This document shows positions 10,327 through 19,681 of a stretch of DNA of 64,000 nt, in pieces. The position numbers and the translations under genes are program-made. Source of the DNA: Candidatus Limnocylindrales bacterium (lineage in GTDB: Bacteria; Acidobacteriota; Terriglobia; Acidiferrales; UBA7541); NCBI GenBank assembly GCA_035501415.1, contig DATJWH010000011.1:16421-80420 (forward strand), read 5' to 3'. Numbering within the stretch: position 1 is the first letter of the stretch; each line of letters opens with the position of its first letter. The notes under the pieces were generated by a model. It saw only the letters and a program-made list of their open reading frames with translations. It made no database searches and was not told the origin of the DNA.

Positions 10327-11298
10327 ATGCTCACCAAAAAGGCGCCAGACCTGACGTATAAGGACGTCACCCCCAAGGGCTTATACATGGGTCGGCGAAA
10401 TTTTCTGGCCGGCCTTCTGGTCACTACCGGTGCCGTCGCCGGCTACAAACGACTGCCTTCCTTGCTGGCGAGCCCGCCTACCGGGTCGGTTCCCCACAAG
10501 ATCGACGGCCTCGTGAAATGGCCGGGCAGCACCACGGAGCCCGTTACCTCCGAAAAAGACGTGACGCACTACAACAATTTCTACGAATTCGGCACCGACA
10601 AGGGCGATCCCGCCAAGAACGCAGGCAATTTCGTAACGTCGCCGTGGAGCGTCTCTGTCGAAGGCGAGGTGCAGAAGCCGCGCAAGTTCTCGATGGACGA
10701 AATTATGAAGCTGGCGCCGCTTGAGGAGCGAATCTACCGCCATCGGTGCGTGGAGGGCTGGTCGATCGTCGTTCCGTGGGTCGGCTACTCGTTCAACACA
10801 ATTGCGAAGCTCGCGCAGCCGAAGTCCAGCGCGAAATTTGTGGCCTTTGAGAGCTATTACGATCCGAAGCAGATGCCCTGGGGGTCGTCGGCGGGAATCG
10901 AATTGCCCTACGTGGAGGGCTTGCGGCTCGATGAAGCCATGCATCCCCTAACCCTTCTGTGCGTGGGAATGTACGGCGAGACCCTGCCCAATCAGGACGG
11001 CGCGCCCGTGCGTATGGTGATTCCGTGGAAGTACGGTTTCAAAAGCATTAAGTCGCTGGTGAAGATCCGCTTCGTCAAGGAGCAGCCGCCCACGACGTGG
11101 AACATCCAGAATGCGCACGAGTACGGTTTCTATTCGAATGTGAATCCAAACGTCGACCATCCTCGCTGGAGCCAGAAGACGGAGCATCGTCTCGGCGGCG
11201 GATTCTTCGCGCGCCCGATTCCCACACAAATGTTCAATGGCTACGGAGATCAGGTGGCCAGCATGTACGCGGGCATGGACCTGAGGAAATACTTTTGA
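10327..11298 (+). CDS. msrP: protein-methionine-sulfoxide reductase catalytic (molybdopterin) subunit
   Basis: Start at ATG 10327 (MLTKKAPDL). Tat-like RRNFLAGLLV. YedY-type motifs YNNFYEFG, HRCVEGWS, MVIPWKYGFKSIK. Confidence 0.85.
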   Translation: MLTKKAPDLTYKDVTPKGLYMGRRNFLAGLLVTTGAVAGYKRLPSLLASPPTGSVPHKIDGLVKWPGSTTEPVTSEKDVTHYNNFYEFGTDKGDPAKNAGNFVTSPWSVSVEGEVQKPRKFSMDEIMKLAPLEERIYRHRCVEGWSIVVPWVGYSFNTIAKLAQPKSSAKFVAFESYYDPKQMPWGSSAGIELPYVEGLRLDEAMHPLTLLCVGMYGETLPNQDGAPVRMVIPWKYGFKSIKSLVKIRFVKEQPPTTWNIQNAHEYGFYSNVNPNVDHPRWSQKTEHRLGGGFFARPIPTQMFNGYGDQVASMYAGMDLRKYF

Positions 11299-11960
11299 GG
11301 ATCCAAAGCCTGGTCAACGCAATCCTGACGAGCAAGTGGACGAAGGTCGTTGTCTTCCTGCTTTGCCTTGTTCCGCTCGGCGCCGTTTTGTGGCGTGGAT
11401 TTCATCAGGATCTGGGGCTGAATCCGGTGCAGTTTGTGGAGCATGCCACTGGCGACTGGATTCTCCGCTTCCTTGTGATCACGCTGGCGATCACGCCGCT
11501 GCGCAAGATTCTCCATCTGCCTCAACTGATCCGTTTTCGCCGAATGATGGGCCTCTTCGCCTTTTTCTATGCCTGCCTGCACTTTTCCACGTGGCTGGGA
11601 GTCGATCGCTATTTCGACTGGAACGGAATCCTGGACGATATCTCCAAGCGTCCTTTCATAACGGTTGGATTCACGGGATTCGTGCTGATGATTCCGCTCG
11701 CTGTTACGTCAACGGCCGGATGGATTCGCCGCATGGGCGGGAAGCGATGGCAGTTGCTCCATCGCGCTGTGTACTTCAGCGCGATCGCCGGCGTGATCCA
11801 TTACTACTGGCTGGTGAAGTCAGACGTTCGCAAGCCGCTCGAGTATGCGTTCCTGGTTGGTATTCTGCTTGCTTGGCGGCTGTGGGCATGGTTCTTCGAT
11901 CGCCGCAAGCCCGTCGCGGTTCGCCTCAAAGAAGGACCCACGACCGCGGAGACGGCCTGA
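11295..11960 (+). CDS. msrQ: protein-methionine-sulfoxide reductase heme-binding membrane subunit
   Basis: Ferric-reductase-like TM protein (HRxxG, conserved His in TM helices). Putative TTG start at 11295 overlaps the msrP stop. The start codon is uncertain: the track ORF starts upstream inside msrP. Confidence 0.7.
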   Translation: MRIQSLVNAILTSKWTKVVVFLLCLVPLGAVLWRGFHQDLGLNPVQFVEHATGDWILRFLVITLAITPLRKILHLPQLIRFRRMMGLFAFFYACLHFSTWLGVDRYFDWNGILDDISKRPFITVGFTGFVLMIPLAVTSTAGWIRRMGGKRWQLLHRAVYFSAIAGVIHYYWLVKSDVRKPLEYAFLVGILLAWRLWAWFFDRRKPVAVRLKEGPTTAETA

Positions 11961-12146
11961 TTCCAGCGATTCGCCGCATTCACCTGCATTGGATCACGCG
12001 GGCAAATTAAAGCAAAAACCTTGCATCTTTACTGTCTCCACTTTGTAATCTGATGCGTCAAACGAGTGGTGCAACGCGGGGCAACCCAGGCATCCTGCAA
12101 ACCCGCCTTGGTAATCCTAAACCCCAATCGGAGGAACCACGCTGCG

Positions 12147-13835
12147 ATGGAGCGCCCCCTGAAGATGAAGAAGTGGATGCTTGTTCTTGCCGCTGCTGTC
12201 GCTCTCGGGGTGCAAATGGTCGGTTGCAGCAGAAGCGCGCCAACCAGCGCCCCTGGCGTTTCCGCCCTCGCCTCCGGGACGGCAGGCGCGGCCGATCCAC
12301 ACTCGGCTGCTGATCCCCCGGCACTCGCCAATGTCCTGACGTTCCACAACGACAATATGCGCACCGGCCAGAATCTTAGTGAATCGATTCTCACACCGTC
12401 CAACGTCACCTCGGCTCACTTCGGCAAACTCACTTTCCTCGAAGTTCAGGGAAAAGTCGACGCGGAGCCTCTTCATGTTTCGGCCATGACCGTCGCCGGC
12501 AAGAAGCACAATGTGCTGTTCGTTGCCACGGAACACGATCTGGTCTACGCCTTCGACTCCGATTCATTCCACCAACTTTGGCGCGTCTCCGTGATCCCTC
12601 CTGGTGAAACGCCTAGCGACAAGCGCGACTGCGAACAAATTGAGCCCGAAATCGGGATCACGGCAACGCCGGTCATCGACTTGAAAGCGGGCCCTCACGG
12701 AACGATGTACGTCGTCGCGATGTCGAAAAACGCCGGCGGAAAATACATGCAACGGTTGCACTCGTTGGACATCACGACCGGCGAGGAGACGCATCCCGCG
12801 CAACTCATCACCGCGAGCTTTCCAGGGGGTGGGCCAAATAGCTCCAACGGCCGCATAAGCTTCGATCCGAAACAATACGAAGATCGAGCAGCACTTCTCC
12901 TTTCAAAGGGCGTGATCTACACCACGTGGGCTTCGCATTGTGATCACGAGCCGTACAATGGCTGGATGATCGGGCTGAGCCAGGAGACGCTCGCTCGCGT
13001 CAGCACGATTAATTTCACTCCGAATGGATCCGAGGGTGCCATCTGGATGACCGGCGACGGGCCCGCTGTCGATAACGCTGGCAACATCTATCTTCTCACC
13101 GGCAACGGCACGTTCGATTCATCGCTGAATGCCAGGGGGTTTCCTGTTGAGGGCGATTTCGGCAATTCGTTCTTGAGGCTCGCGGCGTCGGGCGGAAACC
13201 TCAGCATCTACGACTACTTTTCGATGCACAACAACGCCGCCGAATCCAATGGAGACGAAGACCTCGGCTCGGGCGGCGTGATGCTCCTGCCGGACTTGAA
13301 GGACGCGTCCGGCAAGGTGCGGCATCTCGCGGTGGGTGCCGGAAAGGATCAGGTGATCTATGTGGTCGACCGCGACTCCATGGGCAAGTTCAATCCAAAC
13401 TCCGATTCGGCCGTCTACCAGACGCTGCCGGATTCTCTGCGCGGTGCGGAGTTTGCCTCCCCGGCCTATTTCAACGGAACCGTCTACTACTGCGCCTATC
13501 TTTCCCAGCTGAAGGCATTTCCGATCGCGAACGCAATGCTTCCGGCAACGCCGTCGTCACAGAGCACAACCCGGTTCGATTATCCCGGCGCCACGCCGAG
13601 CATCTCTGCGGACGGCACCGCGAACGGGATTGTCTGGGCCGTCGAAAATGGCGCGAGCGGCGTCCTGCACGCGTATGACGCGTCGAATCTCGCGCATGAA
13701 CTGTACAACAGCAACCAGGCAGGACTGCGCGACCGCTTCACCGACAATAAATTCATCGCGCCGATGATCGCGAACGGTAAAGTCTTCGTCGGGACTCCGA
13801 CGGGGGTTGTCGTTTTCGGTCTACTTCGCCAATAA
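12147..13835 (+). CDS. secreted or lipoprotein beta-propeller protein (PQQ/BamB-like repeat), function unknown
   Basis: GGAGGA 12 nt upstream of ATG 12147. Signal MERPLKMKKWMLVLAAAVALGVQMVGC. Body LTFHNDNMRTGQN...VFVATEHDLVYAFD. Clear paralog of the next gene. Confidence 0.7.
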   Translation: MERPLKMKKWMLVLAAAVALGVQMVGCSRSAPTSAPGVSALASGTAGAADPHSAADPPALANVLTFHNDNMRTGQNLSESILTPSNVTSAHFGKLTFLEVQGKVDAEPLHVSAMTVAGKKHNVLFVATEHDLVYAFDSDSFHQLWRVSVIPPGETPSDKRDCEQIEPEIGITATPVIDLKAGPHGTMYVVAMSKNAGGKYMQRLHSLDITTGEETHPAQLITASFPGGGPNSSNGRISFDPKQYEDRAALLLSKGVIYTTWASHCDHEPYNGWMIGLSQETLARVSTINFTPNGSEGAIWMTGDGPAVDNAGNIYLLTGNGTFDSSLNARGFPVEGDFGNSFLRLAASGGNLSIYDYFSMHNNAAESNGDEDLGSGGVMLLPDLKDASGKVRHLAVGAGKDQVIYVVDRDSMGKFNPNSDSAVYQTLPDSLRGAEFASPAYFNGTVYYCAYLSQLKAFPIANAMLPATPSSQSTTRFDYPGATPSISADGTANGIVWAVENGASGVLHAYDASNLAHELYNSNQAGLRDRFTDNKFIAPMIANGKVFVGTPTGVVVFGLLRQ

Positions 13836-13889
13836 TTCGCCCGGATTCTCCCAGCCGGTCAGGCGTAGACTGCAAAAAAGGGGTCGCCT

Positions 13890-15815
13890 ATGCCAGACCA
13901 TGGCACCAATTGTACCCGGAGACAACTCTTGAGCTGGACCGGAGTGCGCCTGCTGGTTCTTCTGCTATTGCTGGTCGGCGCGTGTTTGCTGCAATACAGC
14001 TGCACAGGTGGCGGATCGGGTTCGTCTTCGCCGGTTGTTCCCACGATCACGGCGCAGCCGGCGGATCAGATGGTTTCCACTGGCCAAACCGCAACCTTCT
14101 CCGTAACCGCGACAGGCACTTCGCCCCTGGCATACCAGTGGCAGAAGAACGGCTCCAATGTCAGCGGCGCAACTGCTGCGAGCTATACGACTCCCGCCAC
14201 TTCATCGGGCGACACGGGCGAGCAGTTTAAGGTCGTCGTCAGCAATTCTGCCGGATCGGTTACGAGCCGCGCGGCGACTCTGACGGTGACGGGTTCCGGC
14301 GGTGGTGGCGGCGGTTCGACTGCAAGCGTCCTGACCTATCACAATGATATTGGGCGCACCGCGCAGAATCTGAATGAAACGGCGCTGACGACCAGCAACG
14401 TCAACACGTCCGGATTTGGCCGCGTCGGATTCCTCTCCGTTCAAGGCAAAGTCGACGCCGAGCCTCTGTACGCTTCCGGATTGATGATTTCAGGCGCGAC
14501 GCACAACGTCGTCTTCGTAGTGACCGAGCACGACCTCGTCTATGCCTTCGATGCCGACACGTTTGCGCAACTGTGGCAAACCTCCGTGCTGCCCTCAGGC
14601 GAGAGCACCAGCGACGATCATGGCTGCTCCCAGATAACGCCTGAGATTGGCATCACTGCGACTCCGGTGATCGACCTGCACGCCGGTGCACATGGCACGA
14701 TCTTCGTCGTTGCAATGTCAAAGGACACGAGCGGCAACTATCACCAGCGCCTGCACGCTCTGGACGTCACTAATGGAGCTGAACTGACCGGCAGCCCGAC
14801 GACCATCCAAGCCTCCTTCCCGAAGTCGGGCGGCACGGTGACGTTTCAGCCCGGCCAGTACGCGGAGCGCTCCGGACTGCTCCTCCTGAACGGCGTGATT
14901 TACATGGGCTGGACATCGCATTGCGACGCGAATCCCTATACCGGCTGGGTGATGGGCTACAGCGAATCCACTTTGCAGCAAGTCAGTGTCATCAACGTGA
15001 CGCCGAATGGTTCAGAGGGCTCGATTTGGATGGCAGGCGCGGGCCTTGCCGCGGACTCGTCGAATTTTATCTATTTCCTCGACGCCAACGGTACGTTCGA
15101 CACCACGCTGAATGGCAGCGGTTTTCCGGTGAACGGCGATTATGGCAACGCCTTCGTGAAGCTGTCGACCGCTGGCAATTCGCTGAGCGTCGCCGACTAC
15201 TTCACCATGCACAACACCACGAGCGAATCGAACTCCGACGAAGACCTCGGCTCGGGTGGGGCGCTCGTCCTGCCCGACGTAAAGGATGGCTCGGGGAACA
15301 CGGTGCATCTAGCCGTCGGAGCGGGAAAAGACGCCAACATTTACGTAGTGAATCGGGATTCGATGGGCAAATTCAATCCGAGTAACGACAATGCGATCTA
15401 TCAGGAGCTCGACGGCGCCGTCGGCGGGGGAGCCTGGTCGATGCCGGCATATTTCAACGGGACGGTCTACTATGCGGGCGTTAGTGACAACCTGAAGGCA
15501 TTTCCTGTCTCCAAAGCAAAATTGGCGACCAGCCCGTCGTCGAAGAGTTCCATCACGTATCCATATCCGGGCGCGACTCCGAGCATTTCCGCTAACGGCA
15601 CATCGAACGGCATCGTGTGGGTCGTCCAGAACAGCGGGGGAGGCGCTCTTCAAGCCTACGACACCACGAACCTCGCGAACAAACTCTACGACAGCAGCCA
15701 GACGAACGGGCGCGATCAGCTCACGGACAACAAATTTGTAACGCCGATGATCGCCAACGGCAAAGTTTACGTCGGCACTCCAACAGGAGTTGCTGTGTTC
15801 GGTCTTCTGCCATAG
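13890..15815 (+). CDS. secreted Ig-like domain + beta-propeller protein, paralog of 12147..13835
   Basis: Signal/TM LLVLLLLLVGACLL. Ig-like module ITAQPADQMVSTGQTATFSVTATG..YQWQKNG..LTVTG, then a Gly linker, then a region colinear with the previous gene (LTYHNDIGRTAQN...VFVVTEHDLVYAFD...ANGKVYVGTPTGVAVFGL). Confidence 0.7.
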   Translation: MPDHGTNCTRRQLLSWTGVRLLVLLLLLVGACLLQYSCTGGGSGSSSPVVPTITAQPADQMVSTGQTATFSVTATGTSPLAYQWQKNGSNVSGATAASYTTPATSSGDTGEQFKVVVSNSAGSVTSRAATLTVTGSGGGGGGSTASVLTYHNDIGRTAQNLNETALTTSNVNTSGFGRVGFLSVQGKVDAEPLYASGLMISGATHNVVFVVTEHDLVYAFDADTFAQLWQTSVLPSGESTSDDHGCSQITPEIGITATPVIDLHAGAHGTIFVVAMSKDTSGNYHQRLHALDVTNGAELTGSPTTIQASFPKSGGTVTFQPGQYAERSGLLLLNGVIYMGWTSHCDANPYTGWVMGYSESTLQQVSVINVTPNGSEGSIWMAGAGLAADSSNFIYFLDANGTFDTTLNGSGFPVNGDYGNAFVKLSTAGNSLSVADYFTMHNTTSESNSDEDLGSGGALVLPDVKDGSGNTVHLAVGAGKDANIYVVNRDSMGKFNPSNDNAIYQELDGAVGGGAWSMPAYFNGTVYYAGVSDNLKAFPVSKAKLATSPSSKSSITYPYPGATPSISANGTSNGIVWVVQNSGGGALQAYDTTNLANKLYDSSQTNGRDQLTDNKFVTPMIANGKVYVGTPTGVAVFGLLP

Positions 15816-17363
15816 CTATTTGTCGTCATCATCCTCGCCGAGATCGACGACTGCGTTGTTTCGCTCGCCGGCCTTCAGGGGATGAATGCAAAGCGCCGTC
15901 CAGGTCTCATCACTGCATTGGTAGACCTGGTAGGCTGGCAAGTCGTCCGGCTTCACAACGTACTCGCCCGTTTCAGTTTGAACTGCCAGGAGATAGTCGC
16001 TAAGCACATAAGGATTTCCAGCCACGGCCCGCACGCGAAACATTTTGCAGCCAGGTTCGTAGTTGCCGTAACTGAAGCAGTAGCCGATGCAGGCTCGATC
16101 GAGCATGTGCTGTATCGAAACGCGCGATTCGTCGGGCGGTAGAATCGTCCCCATTACGCGCTGATTGGGCGGCAGCGTGCGTACGAGCTTGACGATCGAC
16201 TCCTCCATTTTGTTCAGCGTTCCGGTGTCCTGGTACATGAATGAAAAAAAGACCGCCGCGATGGCCATCGACGCGGCAAGATGCCATTTGTGCGGCTTTG
16301 CGCCCCCAAGAACGCAACATAGAAGCACGGCCGACACGGACGTTAGCCGCTCCGTCAGGAGAGCCAGCGCGCCGATATGGTTCGGGATCCGAATTCCATT
16401 CGGCAGCAGGGGAACGGCTGCAAGCGCGAGCGCGTACATTTGAAGCGGAATGAAATAGCCCTTCCAGAAGCGCCTCTGGTGTCGCTGTTGGATTGCATCG
16501 ACCGCCACAACCGCCACGGCAAAAGCCAGTAGGGCGGACTCCACAATTCGGTATCGCTCGCCGAAGAGATACAGCTGATCCGCTCCAGAGTACAAGTAGA
16601 AGGGGTCCTCCTGCGCCTCGACCACATAGTGGTGCCACAGCAATTCGTGCACTCCAAAGAGACCGGCCAATGCCGCAAGGAGGAGCAGAAAATGGTAGCG
16701 AGGTGATATCCGCTCAGCTGCCACCACATAGACCGCCGCGCCGAGCAACCAAAAGAAGCCGAGAGGATGCGCCAGGATGACAAGCGGAACGATAGCGGCG
16801 GCGGCCAGCCATTCGCTGTGCTTTCCCCTCCATATGATGGCGATTGCGAAGAAGGAAAGTCCGATCGCCAGATAGTAATTGAAGAGCCCCATGCTGAATG
16901 TCCAGCCGTAAGTGAAGAGCGCGAAGCAGGGAACCAGATACCACGCAGCGCGTTCCGCCGCGCCGGAAACCAGCGCGAACATTCCCCAGAAGAAGATCAG
17001 CACCGCGAGCGACACTGCGATCTTTTCGCCCACATGGAGCCCGAAGAGGTCTCCGAATCCGCTGAGTAGGTAATCGAACAGGACGTTGTTCCAGCGATGA
17101 TCAATCCAGAGCCCGTGAACTTGGCCTCGATGGATCAGCTGAACCAGCCACGCGTTGTAAAGGTGGCTGCCGAGATCGTCAGCTTCGATCTCGCGATGCC
17201 AGTAGCAAGGAATGAGCAGAACAACGGAGACCGCCAGAATTCTAGCCCACCGCTCGCGGGTGAAGTTCCATGCCTCGGGGAGGACAGCAGGGCGCGACTC
17301 GGCACTGCGGGGTGCGGGTTCGCGGACAGCGCCTGTGATGCTGGAGTCGGATTTGCTCGCCAA
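15816..17363 (-). CDS. polytopic integral membrane protein, function unknown
   Basis: 515-aa ORF with about 12 hydrophobic helices and a C-terminal soluble Cys-containing domain. TTG start is assumed, so the start is uncertain. Its stop abuts the stop of the convergent upstream gene. Confidence 0.55.
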   Translation of the reverse strand: MASKSDSSITGAVREPAPRSAESRPAVLPEAWNFTRERWARILAVSVVLLIPCYWHREIEADDLGSHLYNAWLVQLIHRGQVHGLWIDHRWNNVLFDYLLSGFGDLFGLHVGEKIAVSLAVLIFFWGMFALVSGAAERAAWYLVPCFALFTYGWTFSMGLFNYYLAIGLSFFAIAIIWRGKHSEWLAAAAIVPLVILAHPLGFFWLLGAAVYVVAAERISPRYHFLLLLAALAGLFGVHELLWHHYVVEAQEDPFYLYSGADQLYLFGERYRIVESALLAFAVAVVAVDAIQQRHQRRFWKGYFIPLQMYALALAAVPLLPNGIRIPNHIGALALLTERLTSVSAVLLCCVLGGAKPHKWHLAASMAIAAVFFSFMYQDTGTLNKMEESIVKLVRTLPPNQRVMGTILPPDESRVSIQHMLDRACIGYCFSYGNYEPGCKMFRVRAVAGNPYVLSDYLLAVQTETGEYVVKPDDLPAYQVYQCSDETWTALCIHPLKAGERNNAVVDLGEDDDDK

Positions 17364-17514
17364 GGGCCGCTCGATCGCGCGCGTGTGGGCAATATACCAT
17401 GGGCCTCGAGCCCGGACGCCCTTGCAAGCAGTCAGCGGTGTGAACTTGAAAAGGGTGAGCAGCTACACGGTCATCCCAAAAAGCAGAGGGGCTAGGGTGC
17501 CCGCCGAGTGGATC

Positions 17515-17802
17515 CTAGCCGTTTGCTGCCTTGGCGACCTTTGCCTGGGAATGAACGAGCCGGAAGGCTCGCTCCGCGGAGAACCGGGGCCGTGGCGCGC
17601 CTTCGAACTCCGCGATATCGCGCGTCCGGTAGGGTTTTTCCCGCTCGCACACCCGGCATCGCAGATGGAAGCTACGCGCCGGAATTCCGGATTCGCGTTC
17701 GTTTGCCGCAATCTGGTCGACGATTCCGGGCAGGGGAATAGGCTGCCGGCAATATCCGCAGAGTACTCCGCGGTAGTGCTCGATCTTCGCTTCGGACATC
17801 AT
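17515..17802 (-). CDS. small zinc-ribbon-like protein, hypothetical
   Basis: 95 aa with paired CxxC motifs (CGYC ... CRVC). Isolated ORF in an otherwise non-coding stretch. Confidence 0.4.
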   Translation of the reverse strand: MMSEAKIEHYRGVLCGYCRQPIPLPGIVDQIAANERESGIPARSFHLRCRVCEREKPYRTRDIAEFEGAPRPRFSAERAFRLVHSQAKVAKAANG

Positions 17803-18055
17803 AAGAAACCTCGTGCAGCTGGGATGATTTGGTTTTCGTGAAGAAGGTGAATCATATCGTTGCGCGAGGACTGCGTCCAGTCTGAAATGGTCGAGCCCTG
17901 TGGAAAACGTCCAAAACCCCGGGGTTCTAGTACTCCGTCGTTCTCATTTCGATACACCGCTTCGAATTAATCTCTGCAAACTCTACAAAATGCAGGGTCT
18001 CATCCGGTCAAATAGATGGCGCCAAGGGGACGGTTCTGACCCCCCAAGCGAGGAG

Positions 18056-18811
18056 ATGATGGACGCCAATCCAGGAGTGCGGATCGGACCTTTCGAGGTT
18101 TTCTTTCCCCTGAAAGCGCCTGCCGCGCAGCGGACGCAGACCTCGCACGAATATCCCGGGCGGCTCTTTATCGTCGAGGGAATCGACGGCTCCGGCAAGT
18201 CCACGCAACTTAGCCTGCTTCACAAATGGCTCGAGGCGAAGGGTTACGGCGTGGTGTTCAGCGAGTGGAACTCGTCGCCGTTGGTCAAGGACACGACGAA
18301 GCATGGTAAGAAGAAAAAGATGCTGACCCCAGCGACTTTCTCCTTGATTCATGCAACGGATTTCGCCGACCGCACGGAGAGGAGCATCCTGCCCCTCCTG
18401 AAGGCCGGGGCCATCGTTCTTTGCGACCGCTACGCGTACACAGCGTTCGCGCGGGACGTTGCCCGCGGAATGGACCGCGAATGGGTGCGCAGCCTCTACG
18501 GCTTTGCGGCGAAACCGACGGTTGCCTTCTATTTCCGCGTGCCGCTCGAGACGGCGATTTCGCGGCTCGTAGGCGCGCGCGACGGCTTCAAGTACTACGA
18601 AGCCGGCCTCGACCTGGAGCTAAGCGACGACGCCGAGGAGAGCTTCCGCCTGTTTCAGGGCCGAATCATCGAGGAATACGAGAAGATGATCCCCGAGTTC
18701 AGCCTCACCGTGATCGACGCCACACTGCCGGTAGAAGCGCAGCAGGCCCATGTTCGCCACCTGGTTCGAAGCCATCTCGAGGACGCAAAGCATCTGAGGG
18801 TGAGGTCATGA
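18056..18811 (+). CDS. thymidylate-kinase-like nucleotide kinase (paralog 1, canonical P-loop)
   Basis: P-loop EGIDGSGKST and DRY motif (CDRYAYTAF). Start is uncertain: ATG 18056/18059 was chosen, while the track ORF begins at GTG 17900. ATGA overlap with paralog 2. Confidence 0.7.
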   Translation: MMDANPGVRIGPFEVFFPLKAPAAQRTQTSHEYPGRLFIVEGIDGSGKSTQLSLLHKWLEAKGYGVVFSEWNSSPLVKDTTKHGKKKKMLTPATFSLIHATDFADRTERSILPLLKAGAIVLCDRYAYTAFARDVARGMDREWVRSLYGFAAKPTVAFYFRVPLETAISRLVGARDGFKYYEAGLDLELSDDAEESFRLFQGRIIEEYEKMIPEFSLTVIDATLPVEAQQAHVRHLVRSHLEDAKHLRVRS

Positions 18812-19596
18812 GACATACTTACGGCAAGCAATTGCCCGGAATGACGCTGCCGAATCTTTCGGGCAAGCTCATCGTCATCGAAGGAACGGACGGCGCGGGC
18901 CGCACGACGCAAATCAACCTGCTGAAGCCGTGGCTCGAGGAGTTGGGCCACGCCGTGCTCGACACGGGAATGACGCGCTCCCCGCTTGCGGGGGAGGGAA
19001 TTCGCCGGGCGAAGGAAGGCAACAACCTGGGGCGCGTGACGCAGAGCCTCTTCTATGCGACGGACTTCGTTGACAGGCTCGAAAATGAGATAGTTCCGGC
19101 ACTCCGGGCCGGCTTCATCGTCCTCACCGACCGCTATATCTATTCTCTGATGGCGCGCGCCATCGTCCGCGGCATGGACGGCGCGTGGATTCGCAACATC
19201 TTTAGGGTCGCGCTCAAGCCGGACGCCGTTTTCTATATGCGGCTCGGCATAGACCAGTTGGTCCCCCGCGTGGTCTTCTCGCGCGGCTTTGACTACTGGG
19301 AATCGGGGATGGACCTGCACCCCGGCCAGAACATGTACGATAGCTTCTGCAGCTACCAGGCCGCGCTGCTTGCCGAATTTGATCGCCTGAGTGCCGAATA
19401 CAATTTCGAGGTCGTGGATGCCGCCGCGGACGCCCGCACCGTCTTCGCCCAGCTCAAGGTGAAGGTCCTGCAGCTCCTGGACCGCGACACGCGAAGCGAA
19501 TTCATCTCGCGCCAGAGTGCCGTCTCCCGCGATTGGGCTGCCGGCTGGACGGTTGAGAAGACGGAGAAGGTGCCAATCTCGGCGGCCTCGGACTAG
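18808..19596 (+). CDS. thymidylate-kinase-like protein (paralog 2, P-loop Lys replaced by Arg)
   Basis: Start ATG 18808 (MRHTYGKQL) overlaps the stop of paralog 1. EGTDGAGRTT in place of GxGK[ST]. TDRYIYSL. Colinear with paralog 1. The track extension to 18421 is an out-of-frame read across paralog 1. Confidence 0.7.
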   Translation: MRHTYGKQLPGMTLPNLSGKLIVIEGTDGAGRTTQINLLKPWLEELGHAVLDTGMTRSPLAGEGIRRAKEGNNLGRVTQSLFYATDFVDRLENEIVPALRAGFIVLTDRYIYSLMARAIVRGMDGAWIRNIFRVALKPDAVFYMRLGIDQLVPRVVFSRGFDYWESGMDLHPGQNMYDSFCSYQAALLAEFDRLSAEYNFEVVDAAADARTVFAQLKVKVLQLLDRDTRSEFISRQSAVSRDWAAGWTVEKTEKVPISAASD

Positions 19597-19681
19597 GCTC
19601 GACCCGCAATTCCCTCGCGAAATTTAACACTCTCGCCACCGCTCCACTTTTTGCTAGTATTCGCACTGGAAGCCCGAAAAA

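Noticed and set aside
18421-18807. N-terminal 129-aa extension of the second Tmk-like ORF
   Set aside because: It overlaps paralog 1 out of frame with Arg/Pro-rich content. The ATG at 18808 aligns the two paralogs from their P-loops.
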